From the NCBI GenBank assembly GCA_019058445.1, contig JAHPZA010000006.1, positions 1,212,220-1,276,219 of the forward strand: a DNA stretch of 64,000 bases. Reading direction: 5' to 3'. The stretch comes from Promethearchaeota archaeon (lineage in GTDB: Archaea > Asgardarchaeota > Lokiarchaeia > Sigyniarchaeales > SOKP01). How positions within the stretch are numbered: the first letter of the stretch is position 1; every line of letters starts with the position of its first letter. The position numbers were made by a program, and so were the translations under genes. Of this stretch, positions 9,717 through 18,559 are shown in pieces. Under the pieces are notes generated by a model that did not search any database, had not been told where the DNA came from, and saw only the letters and a program-made list of their open reading frames with translations.

Positions 9717-10520
9717 TTATAACTTATTAATTGAAATTGTCATCCCACCATCTAAAATGAGATTTTGCCCCGTGATGTAATTTGCTGTGGGAGAGGCTAG
9801 AAATAAAGCAATATCTGCGACCCATTTTGCTTCTCCAATCTTATCTATAGGAAGTTTGACACCCCTTGCTTCTAAAAGTAACCTAATAACTTTAGGATCG
9901 TTTTTATATAGAGGAGTCAAAAATACTCCTGGTGATATTGCATTTACAGTAATATCACTTGGTCCTAGCTCTAAAGCCCATAGTTTAGTAAATGCAATTA
10001 GAGTTGCTTTGCTTGCGCTATACACTCCGAAGAAAGGATTAATCCCATTTTCAGTTCCTGCACATGATGCAATATTTATTATTTTGCCTCTAATTGGTTC
10101 AAATTGTCTTTGTCTTTTCATCTGTCTGAAAAAGGCTTTTGTAACATTCCAGGCTCCTTTGACATTTACTGCCATGACTTTGTCATAACTATCCTCTTTT
10201 GATTTCAAGGAGGCATATAATCCTGAATCTATTCCCGCATTATTTACTAATAGAAATACATTATCAAATTTCTCAGAAACCTTTTTAGCCATATTGTTTA
10301 CTTCTTCTGAATTAGATATATCTGCTTTTGCTAAGAAAATTTCAACTTTATGATCCTTGAGAATAATATCACGGGTTTCCTCTAGGCCTTCCATATTAAT
10401 ATCATTAATTACCAAATCTGCTCCTTTACTTGCAAAGCATTTTGCCATTTCCCTTCCAAAGCCGCTACCGGCTCCTGTGATTAAGGCAACTTTTCCTTTT
10501 AAAAATTTTTCATCATTCAT
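9717..10520 (-). CDS. SDR-family NAD(P)-dependent oxidoreductase
   Basis: TGAGSGFG, NNAG, YSASK. Confidence 0.92.
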   Translation of the reverse strand: MNDEKFLKGKVALITGAGSGFGREMAKCFASKGADLVINDINMEGLEETRDIILKDHKVEIFLAKADISNSEEVNNMAKKVSEKFDNVFLLVNNAGIDSGLYASLKSKEDSYDKVMAVNVKGAWNVTKAFFRQMKRQRQFEPIRGKIINIASCAGTENGINPFFGVYSASKATLIAFTKLWALELGPSDITVNAISPGVFLTPLYKNDPKVIRLLLEARGVKLPIDKIGEAKWVADIALFLASPTANYITGQNLILDGGMTISINKL

Positions 10521-10557
10521 TTGTTTTTAACACCTAAAAAAATAATATATTAAAAAG

Positions 10558-12303
10558 TTATTTTCCAAATAATCCTTTTTGCTTCTTATACAATCCAAGG
10601 AATTTTCCAGCAGAAGGTGATTCAAAAGCAATACTAACATCTATTACAGCAGGTTTCTTTGATTCTATTGCTCGCGCTATAGCAGCTTCAATCTCCTCTG
10701 GTTTATCAATTTTTTCGCCATAACACCCAAATCCTTTTGCTATTTCCGCATAATTAATTTCAGGTAAGTCAACATCACAGTACCTTTTCTGATAATTATT
10801 TTTTTGATTCGTTTTAAGCATTCCCCATGCACAATTATTCGCAATTAATACGATGATAGGTAAATTAAGTCTTACTGCAGTGTCTAATTCATGGACATTA
10901 AAGAGAAAGCTTCCATCTCCTGAAATACACACCGCAAGTTTGTCGAGTTTTGCTAATTTCGCAGCAATAGCATAACACACTCCAACGCCTAAATGCCCCA
11001 TTCCTATTGAAGTGAATGTACTCCTTGGATATCTAAGAAAATTGGAAATTAGACCATATGTAAAAACGGCGATATCACCTCCATCAACAACTAATTGTGA
11101 ATCTGCTGGTATGGCCCTTAGAACTTCTATGACAAATCTTTCTGGTTTCATTGGAGTTTTGTCAGATGCTAAAAGCTTCTCAATAGTTGCTTTATCGTTT
11201 TTGCGAACATCTTGTAAATAATCATTCCACGTGGACCATTCAGTCACTTTTTCTTTAGGAAGTTTTTCTTCCATTACTGCTAATAATTGGTTAATTACTG
11301 CTTTAACATCAGCAACTATACCAATTTCTACAGGTCTATTTTTTCCAATTTCATTTGGATCAATGTCTACTTGAATTATTTTTTGATTTTGATTCCAGAG
11401 AGGAGCTGTCCCATATAAGGTAGTATAATCCCATCTGCATCCTAAAGATAATACAACATCAGCCTCAGAAGCTGCTCTGCGAAATGTGTTTGCTAAAGGA
11501 TATGATCCCGCATAAGTTTTTTGATTAAGACTAATTGCTCCAATGCCCATGATTGTAGTTAACCCAGGGATTTTATATGTCTCTGACAATTTAATTAAGT
11601 CTTCAGAAGCTTCAGAGCTATTAGTACCTCCTCCCGCAATTATTATTGGTTTATTAGCTACTTTTAGAAGCTCTAATGCTGCATCAATTAAGTTAGGGTC
11701 TCCACTCGATTTTTTCAGAGCCCTATATTTTTCAGGATCAATAATATTTTGCACATCCTCATCACTAGCTTTTCTTACTAAGGCAGTTTCTCTCAATTCT
11801 AGAAAAACAGGACCTCTTCTACCTGACATAGCGGTTTTTATACATCTTTGAACTGCTTTTGGGATTTCATATGGATCCTCTACGGATATTTGTAATTTAG
11901 TTATTGGTTCCATCAATTTCATTTGATCTAAACCACCTTGCAATATTCCTGTATTATCAAACATTCTTGCTATTTGTGCACCAATAATCAACACAGGAAT
12001 TGAATCTGCGTAAGCAGCAGCGACAGCAGGAATTAAGTGTGACACTCCTGGGCCAGCCGTACCAAGACATACTCCTAATTCTCCTGTTGCTCTAGCCCAA
12101 GCATCTGCCATGTGTCCACCTGCTTGTTCGTGTCGTACCATCACGGTGTCAATTCCTTCTTCGCGCCCCCATCGTTCAATAGCATCATAAATTCGAGTTA
12201 GTTCCCCACCTATAAGGCCAAAGATTTTGGTAACTCCTTCTTTTAAGAGGCACTTGACAAGTAAATCTCCACCATCTAAATCTTGTTTAGCCATATTAAA
12301 CAA
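10558..12303 (-). CDS. thiamine-diphosphate enzyme (acetolactate synthase / 2-hydroxyacyl-CoA lyase family)
   Basis: RHEQAGGHMADAWAR, GPV, GDGSF...NN ThDP motif. Confidence 0.9.
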   Translation of the reverse strand: MFNMAKQDLDGGDLLVKCLLKEGVTKIFGLIGGELTRIYDAIERWGREEGIDTVMVRHEQAGGHMADAWARATGELGVCLGTAGPGVSHLIPAVAAAYADSIPVLIIGAQIARMFDNTGILQGGLDQMKLMEPITKLQISVEDPYEIPKAVQRCIKTAMSGRRGPVFLELRETALVRKASDEDVQNIIDPEKYRALKKSSGDPNLIDAALELLKVANKPIIIAGGGTNSSEASEDLIKLSETYKIPGLTTIMGIGAISLNQKTYAGSYPLANTFRRAASEADVVLSLGCRWDYTTLYGTAPLWNQNQKIIQVDIDPNEIGKNRPVEIGIVADVKAVINQLLAVMEEKLPKEKVTEWSTWNDYLQDVRKNDKATIEKLLASDKTPMKPERFVIEVLRAIPADSQLVVDGGDIAVFTYGLISNFLRYPRSTFTSIGMGHLGVGVCYAIAAKLAKLDKLAVCISGDGSFLFNVHELDTAVRLNLPIIVLIANNCAWGMLKTNQKNNYQKRYCDVDLPEINYAEIAKGFGCYGEKIDKPEEIEAAIARAIESKKPAVIDVSIAFESPSAGKFLGLYKKQKGLFGK

Positions 12304-12374
12304 TTATTCTATATTAAAAATAAACTTTTTTAACGGTAGATTTTCCAGAAATAGGAAATAAAATTGGATTGCTG

Positions 12375-12818
12375 TTAAAAGGCAATTAATTCGAGATAAA
12401 ATCCAAGTACCTCTTTAGTATCCAAATAAAAAAAGTGAACCTTCCCGGCTTTTCCAGTTTGAGCGACATCTATATCGTAATTGTTCTTAAAATATTGTAT
12501 TAATTTTGGAGCCTCTTTGGTATATATCCCCAAGTGGTGGAGTCCGACTCGACCTTCATCTATAAATTCTTTGTATAAATGATTTCCTGTTGATTCGATT
12601 ACTTCAACGATTTCAAATTGCTTGCCGCCAAAATTTTGCATGATTTTTTTCATTTTAAAAGTTACTTCGTTTCCCTCATATAAAACTGTTGAGCTCTGTT
12701 CTACAATGTTTGGTTTTGATTTAAAATCTAGGAGGCCGCCATAGAATTTCGCAGCATTCTCAATATCTCTTACCACAATGCCAATTTGGTCGAACTTTTC
12801 AATCTTTAATGAACTAAT
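12375..12818 (-). CDS. VOC family protein (methylmalonyl-CoA epimerase-like), extended to a probable ATT start
   Basis: FDQIGIVVRD first motif lies partly upstream of the 12776 GTG; GLHHLG, FYLELI; SD AGGTGA 6 nt before ATT. Confidence 0.8.
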   Translation of the reverse strand: MSSLKIEKFDQIGIVVRDIENAAKFYGGLLDFKSKPNIVEQSSTVLYEGNEVTFKMKKIMQNFGGKQFEIVEVIESTGNHLYKEFIDEGRVGLHHLGIYTKEAPKLIQYFKNNYDIDVAQTGKAGKVHFFYLDTKEVLGFYLELIAF

Positions 12819-12843
12819 TTCATATCACCTTTCTAATCTCTTA

Positions 12844-14133
12844 TTAAAAAACCTGAGGATAAAATTCAAGTTTATCAGTTGGTTCTTTTATGATGAATTC
12901 ACCATCAAGGATCATATGTTTAAGTTGAGTTGCTAAATTAATAGCACCAAATCTATCTGATTGTCTTAATACAACTGGAATATTCTTATCATCATAACGG
13001 ATAGTTTTCAAATCTCCCTTAAAGGCATTCTTAGGACAAACCACTACACAACTGCCACAATTAAAACATCTTGTTCTATCTATACCAGTTTTTAAATTAA
13101 ATGCATTAGTTGGACACATAGCATCTACTGGGCAATCATCACAATCAATACACTTTTTAGGATCAAATGTTATAAGAAAATTGTTATCCCAGACATCTTG
13201 ATAGGTACCTTCAGCTAACTTATTCCTTCCGACAACATTTAAAATAACTAAGGGAACTTGATGATCAGATTTTATAATATTATTCCACACATTTTCGTTT
13301 AAAATTGGGATAGGTGCTGCGATACTACAGATGTTTTCTAAACCATAAGATGTACGAAAGGCACCCATATATTCTGGTTTCATCCCTTTAAAATCTGCGA
13401 TTGTTTGCATATTTGGTTTTAAACGGTCATTTCGAGTGCCTGGGCCAAAAATATAACCAATAGTACCATTGACTAAAATTTTCGTACCGACTCCAAACAC
13501 ATCTGCATTAGGATCATTCTGAAAAGGATTCATTGCACCGCATCCAGAAAAAGTTGCGTGGTTGCAATTTCCTTCTAATGGAAGTACTGAAAATATAGTA
13601 TTAACACTTTCTGTACTAGGATTTATCATAGCGAAATAATTTTTTATTGCTTGACGTGTACCCATCATACGTGCAAATTGCATATCATCTAAAGTCATCT
13701 CTTTTTCTATTAAATCACCTTCCTCACTTTTACCAGAAACATTTATCGTTTTGCCTTCCACAAGGTCTCTAAATAAGATGCCACCAGAATAATTTTCTTT
13801 TGTTTTACTATGAGCAGTTCCATAAAGTATAATATCAACGATTCCTAAAAACTCATTAGGACAAGGTCCCGGAAATGCTGCAATTCCGTTGAGAGAGACT
13901 TCTGTAAATTTCCGAACCGTTTTTGGAGGAGATAATCTAAAGGAGAATAATCCAGCAATTCCACTCATTAAAGCCTTGGTAGCCGTAGTTACCACGTCAA
14001 CATCTTCAAACTGGATTTTTTCTCCATCAGCTATTTTATCTATAAGCTCTTGGACAGTATAAATTTTTGCTGAGCCTTTTTGAATTTTTGAGTTTATTTC
14101 CGCGAGAGTTCTTTTCTTAGCCACAAGAGACAC
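12844..14133 (-). CDS. methanogenesis marker 16-like metalloprotein (DUF39 / homocysteine-biosynthesis domain plus 2x[4Fe-4S])
   Basis: DVVTTAT, GPCPNE, FSGCGAMNPFQNDP, CIDCDDC...CP and CFNCGSCVVVCP. Confidence 0.8.
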   Translation of the reverse strand: MSLVAKKRTLAEINSKIQKGSAKIYTVQELIDKIADGEKIQFEDVDVVTTATKALMSGIAGLFSFRLSPPKTVRKFTEVSLNGIAAFPGPCPNEFLGIVDIILYGTAHSKTKENYSGGILFRDLVEGKTINVSGKSEEGDLIEKEMTLDDMQFARMMGTRQAIKNYFAMINPSTESVNTIFSVLPLEGNCNHATFSGCGAMNPFQNDPNADVFGVGTKILVNGTIGYIFGPGTRNDRLKPNMQTIADFKGMKPEYMGAFRTSYGLENICSIAAPIPILNENVWNNIIKSDHQVPLVILNVVGRNKLAEGTYQDVWDNNFLITFDPKKCIDCDDCPVDAMCPTNAFNLKTGIDRTRCFNCGSCVVVCPKNAFKGDLKTIRYDDKNIPVVLRQSDRFGAINLATQLKHMILDGEFIIKEPTDKLEFYPQVF

Positions 14134-14234
14134 TTAAAATTTCCAAAATTATATCCAATTTAATATTTAATTATAATAAAACTTTTTTATTATATTCTTA
14201 ATTAGAAATCTTAGAGTTACTGATTAATATATAT

Positions 14235-14984
14235 ATGAATCCTAATTGGTTTTTTTCATTGTCATATTTCGAATCAAGGTTAAGAGTAAATTTTAATGAT
14301 TTTAATGAAATTAAAGAAAAATTAGAGTTTTATGAGAAACTTGGTATAAAGAATCTCATTTTAGAACCTAAAGACAAAGTTCAAACTATTTCTATAGAGC
14401 TAAAAGAGTTTATCAAGAGCTTTACAAAAATGGATATATATTATAGATTCACCTTAAGACCAGAGAATTTACAAGATTTTAAAAAAAAAATTAAAAAATT
14501 TTATAATCGTCCAGGAATATTATCAGTCGAAACTTCAAATAAAGAGATACAAATTCATGCGGCGAGAGATTCTCGAATAGACCTTATTTCATTTTCTTCT
14601 CCCGAAATAATTAAAACTCTTACTAATGGAGTAATTTCTTTAATTAAACAAAAGAATTCTTTTATAGAATTTTCTCTATCCTCCATCATGGTAAAAAATA
14701 GGGCAATACAATCAAAAAACTTTAGAAACTTATATCGATTTATACATAAAGTTAGAAAATTTAAAGCAAATTACATTCTCACTGGAGATTTTAATGAATT
14801 ATTTGATATTAGACCCCCAAGAGCATTAATAAGTATATGTAATACCCTATTAGATATTCCTATAGCAGAATTAAAACGTGTTTTTAAAGAAAATCCTATA
14901 ATTTTATTAATACGATCTGAAAAAAAACAAGATAAAACAATTTTAGGAAATGGAGTTAGATTAATTGGAAATGGTGATTTGTAA
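14235..14984 (+). CDS. rnp3: RNase P protein Rpp30
   Basis: AARDSRIDLI, FIEFSL, DIRPPRAL...ENP; overlaps Pop5 gene by one base. Confidence 0.85.
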   Translation: MNPNWFFSLSYFESRLRVNFNDFNEIKEKLEFYEKLGIKNLILEPKDKVQTISIELKEFIKSFTKMDIYYRFTLRPENLQDFKKKIKKFYNRPGILSVETSNKEIQIHAARDSRIDLISFSSPEIIKTLTNGVISLIKQKNSFIEFSLSSIMVKNRAIQSKNFRNLYRFIHKVRKFKANYILTGDFNELFDIRPPRALISICNTLLDIPIAELKRVFKENPIILLIRSEKKQDKTILGNGVRLIGNGDL

Positions 14985-15313
14985 TGGTTAAACTAGAAAG
15001 ACAGAGGTATATACTTTTCCAAATATTGAAAGAGGAGGATTTTCAAATTAGTCAACAAGAAATATTAAAGTCGATTTGGCAATCGATTTGGAGGTATTTT
15101 GGCATGAAAGAAGCTAATAAAACGGGATTATGGTTATTAGAATTAAGTAAAGAATATGGAATAATTCGATGTTCAAATAGTACAAAGGAAATAGTTTTAA
15201 CGGCGTTAGTACTAATAAAGGAATTAAAAGGTAAAAAAATAATTTTCTCACCAGTAAAGACTTCTGGCACCATAAAAGCGATTATAAAAATGAAAAAGAT
15301 AATAGATAAATAG
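14984..15313 (+). CDS. rnp2: RNase P protein Pop5/Rpp14
   Basis: RQRYILF, GIIRC, TSGTIKA. Confidence 0.9.
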   Translation: MVKLERQRYILFQILKEEDFQISQQEILKSIWQSIWRYFGMKEANKTGLWLLELSKEYGIIRCSNSTKEIVLTALVLIKELKGKKIIFSPVKTSGTIKAIIKMKKIIDK

Positions 15314-15326
15314 CATTTATATTGGA

Positions 15327-15761
15327 ATGAAAAATCAACATAAAACTAAGGCATTTATTCAGCGTAGAGTAGATATTAATGGCTCAGTTAAAGATCTAAA
15401 TATATCTCTCCCTGCTACTATTGGATTAAGAGAAAATCCATTTTTATTAATAATCCAGTCCACGAGTAAAGAGTGCACAAGGTTGACAATATACCCCATC
15501 TCAAGGCAAAAGATAATAAGACTAAGTTTATACGGGTCGAATATTTCTGAAGAGGTGATTAATAGGCTCTCCAAAATTTTAAAAAAATATGAGATTATAC
15601 ATAACAGTGGGTTTTTAGTAAAACAAAAGCAGTTTTACTATGAATGCTATTTTAATCTAAGCTTATCCGATGTGAAATCTAAAGATTTAAAAACCTCTTT
15701 AGATAAAATTAAAAATATATTCAAAGAAATTAAAATTGAAGAAGTTAGTCTTAATAATTAG
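15327..15761 (+). CDS. hypothetical protein (possible C-terminal ACT-like fold)
   Basis: ORF in operon context; IIHNSGF...YYECY pattern. Confidence 0.55.
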   Translation: MKNQHKTKAFIQRRVDINGSVKDLNISLPATIGLRENPFLLIIQSTSKECTRLTIYPISRQKIIRLSLYGSNISEEVINRLSKILKKYEIIHNSGFLVKQKQFYYECYFNLSLSDVKSKDLKTSLDKIKNIFKEIKIEEVSLNN

Positions 15762-15776
15762 TAAAAAAGAGAAAAT

Positions 15777-16226
15777 ATGAATCCCTGGAAGGTATTCTTA
15801 AAATTTGACAATTTAGATTCCGAAAAAGAATTGAAATTATTTGATGCGAAATCCTATTTCGGTGGATATCTAAAAATCAAAAGGAGTTATTTTAATAAGT
15901 TGACAAAAGTTATTAATATGACTAAGAGATATTCTACAAAAAATGCAATCGAGAAAGTAATCGGTCCGGATGAGAGTGATTGGACATTAAATCCATGGAT
16001 GCTCATTCTTATAAAAGATAATGAAAAAGGAAAAAAATTTTGGTTATTTATCAAAAGAGAAAAAGATTTATCGGGGCACCTTATTGCGATTGGACCAAAA
16101 CCATTCGTGGATTATAATGAAGTCAATACAGAAGCTAAACGAGAAATAAAACAATTAATAACCTATATTATTGCTTATTTAAATAAGTTTCAAGTAATCA
16201 TTTTGCTTCCTAACTTTCTTTCATAG
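15777..16226 (+). CDS. hypothetical protein
   Basis: 149-aa ORF co-oriented with neighbours, short spacer. Confidence 0.65.
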   Translation: MNPWKVFLKFDNLDSEKELKLFDAKSYFGGYLKIKRSYFNKLTKVINMTKRYSTKNAIEKVIGPDESDWTLNPWMLILIKDNEKGKKFWLFIKREKDLSGHLIAIGPKPFVDYNEVNTEAKREIKQLITYIIAYLNKFQVIILLPNFLS

Positions 16227-16540
16227 GAGTTTTTTTGAAAAAATCCTCTCCTTTTAGATATTAAATTAAATCAAAAGAAGATTTAATATTTACTTTATAA
16301 ATAATTTAAAAATATCTAATATTTGAAATAACAAAACTCGAATAAGTTTAAGGAGCGCTAGCAAAATAAACATAGTTTTAATAACGAAGTTAGCACTCTC
16401 AAGTATAATTTTAGATTCCTTTAAATCCCTATATTATCCAGTTATACATTGGGAAACTTAATAAAAAAAATAAAATTATCATTTCTAAAGTGAAGTATAT
16501 TGTCAAATAGAAATTTGTAAAATAATATGGTTTTATAATC

Positions 16541-17362
16541 GTGAAAAAGTGTACCTTTAATCTTTTGATAGTTATGTACATCGCTTATATTTTATTATCT
16601 AGCAGTTTTCTAATTATAAATGGAACTGCCGCAGTTGAAGATTTTGAACCTAAATTCGGATATGCGCCTGATATTGATGGCGATATTGAAAGATCAAATA
16701 AAGAATGGGAAAATGCTTCAAAAGAGGAGATAAGCTTAAAGTCCACTACTAATCCAAACGATAAAGGAATCTTTACTGATATATGGGTTATGCAAAACGA
16801 ATCAGATTTATATATTTCTATCCAATTTGAGTTAGAAACTCATGCCCCACGGGAGTTTATAGCGATTATAATCTCAAAAAGTGATTCTGAGAGTAATGCA
16901 TCGTTTTATGATGCAAAAATTGTTCAATTTTATGATCTAGGGGGTTCTGCTGAGGAATATAGGTATAGAGATTTTCACATAAGCAATGGAGTGTTTATTA
17001 GAGATGAGGAGGATAATGGAGATGGTGCAGCAGATCTGCATGGAAATAAAATGATCTATGAATTTAGAATCCCCGTCAATACTTCTGAAGAGGATGATAG
17101 AGACGTAGATTTAGAGTTTGGAGAAGAATACGCGTTCAAGATAGTTTATGGTGAGAATGACGATTATCAAGATATTCTAAATGAAAAGAATAGTATTGTA
17201 ACAATTGATATCCAATATCCAAAAAGCGAAGAAATACCATTGTGGAAAAAAATTGTATTTATTTTGGCCATAATTGCATTTAGTGCTATTGGTTTATTAT
17301 ATGGACTTTATATTTATAAAATACTAGTTATAAAGAAAAAAGTAGGACGGATAAAAGAGTAA
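16541..17362 (+). CDS. acidic membrane-anchored extracellular protein (DOMON/CBM9-like)
   Basis: Signal peptide, PDIDG...EW, LYISI, YEFRIP, C-terminal TM helix and basic tail. Confidence 0.65.
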   Translation: MKKCTFNLLIVMYIAYILLSSSFLIINGTAAVEDFEPKFGYAPDIDGDIERSNKEWENASKEEISLKSTTNPNDKGIFTDIWVMQNESDLYISIQFELETHAPREFIAIIISKSDSESNASFYDAKIVQFYDLGGSAEEYRYRDFHISNGVFIRDEEDNGDGAADLHGNKMIYEFRIPVNTSEEDDRDVDLEFGEEYAFKIVYGENDDYQDILNEKNSIVTIDIQYPKSEEIPLWKKIVFILAIIAFSAIGLLYGLYIYKILVIKKKVGRIKE

Positions 17363-17784
17363 TGTCAAAAATTAGAAAGAAGCCAAAAAAAACTTCGAAA
17401 TTAAAAAGGATTACTGAAAGTGATGAAAAAGTAATAATGAAATCTTTAAGGAAATCGGCTATACTAGCGGGAATATTTATAACTATGTCTCTTTTATTTA
17501 ACACAGAAATAATTACATATTTTATGAACCGTGGAATTTATTGGGATATTGTAGATGTATCAATTAAAGTAAGTCTTATACTTTTAAGCTTTCTTTTTAT
17601 GATGATTAGTATTGGAAATTATAAAGAATTAACCGGAAAACCCGTAGGACTAAAAGAAATTGTATTATTGACGGGTCTTTCACTGGTACAAACTATGAAA
17701 AATCTTTATGTGTTTATTTTTACACTCATCAGTCTTCTTTTATTATTAGTATACTTATATTTAATTCAAGAGAGTAAAATTTAA
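17362..17784 (+). CDS. small multi-pass membrane protein
   Basis: Three to four hydrophobic segments; coupled to the upstream gene. Confidence 0.7.
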   Translation: MSKIRKKPKKTSKLKRITESDEKVIMKSLRKSAILAGIFITMSLLFNTEIITYFMNRGIYWDIVDVSIKVSLILLSFLFMMISIGNYKELTGKPVGLKEIVLLTGLSLVQTMKNLYVFIFTLISLLLLLVYLYLIQESKI

Positions 17785-17818
17785 CATAATATTTTTCTTA
17801 GTTATATCCGTTGTTAAA

Positions 17819-18559
17819 ATGAATCGAAATTTCATAAGTATAGGTCATAGAGGAACTAGAATCATAGATGAAAATACAATATATGCATTTACTAAAGCTA
17901 TGCAATATGGAGCTGAATATATTGAGTTTGATATTCGAAAGACAAAAGATAATCAATTAATTGTTATCCATGACGCGTCTCTTGAAAGAACTACAATGGG
18001 ATCGGGATTAATCAAAAACCTTACATATAATGAAATTAGTAGATATGAGACAAAAAAAAATAATGAGAAGATTCCGCTTTTTTCAGAGGTATTAGATACT
18101 TTTAAGGGCAAAATTAAATTTATGATTGAACTAAAGGCAGAAAATATCAGAAACCAAATATTGGATATAATAATTGATAAAGGATTATTTAATAATTGTA
18201 TATTTAGTGGAAGACGTTTGAACGATATTGTTTTAATTAAAAAAGAATATCCCGAGACTAAAATCTGTTATAATATCACTAAAGGGATAGGATTATCATT
18301 ATCAGAATTATTAACATTTGAGAATCACGCAATAATTAATTATAATTTTGATATGGTAAGTCTAAGATCAAATTTAGTAAGTTCAAAATTTATTGAAATC
18401 TGCCATAAAAATAAAATATTGACCTTATCTTGGGATTTTATTAATTATTCAAATCCATTGGAAAAAATAAAAGAATTAATTAAAAATGGAATTGATGGGA
18501 TTTTATTTGATAATTACCAAAATATCCCTCTTATTAAGGACTGGTTACGAAAAATTTAA
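17819..18559 (+). CDS. glycerophosphodiester phosphodiesterase
   Basis: GHRG, ENT, IEFDI, IHD, IELK. Confidence 0.92.
   Translation: MNRNFISIGHRGTRIIDENTIYAFTKAMQYGAEYIEFDIRKTKDNQLIVIHDASLERTTMGSGLIKNLTYNEISRYETKKNNEKIPLFSEVLDTFKGKIKFMIELKAENIRNQILDIIIDKGLFNNCIFSGRRLNDIVLIKKEYPETKICYNITKGIGLSLSELLTFENHAIINYNFDMVSLRSNLVSSKFIEICHKNKILTLSWDFINYSNPLEKIKELIKNGIDGILFDNYQNIPLIKDWLRKI

Noticed and set aside
16390-16398. TTAGCACTC, a CIRCE half-site
   Set aside because: The arms are in the wrong order and spacing for CIRCE, and no chaperone gene is adjacent.
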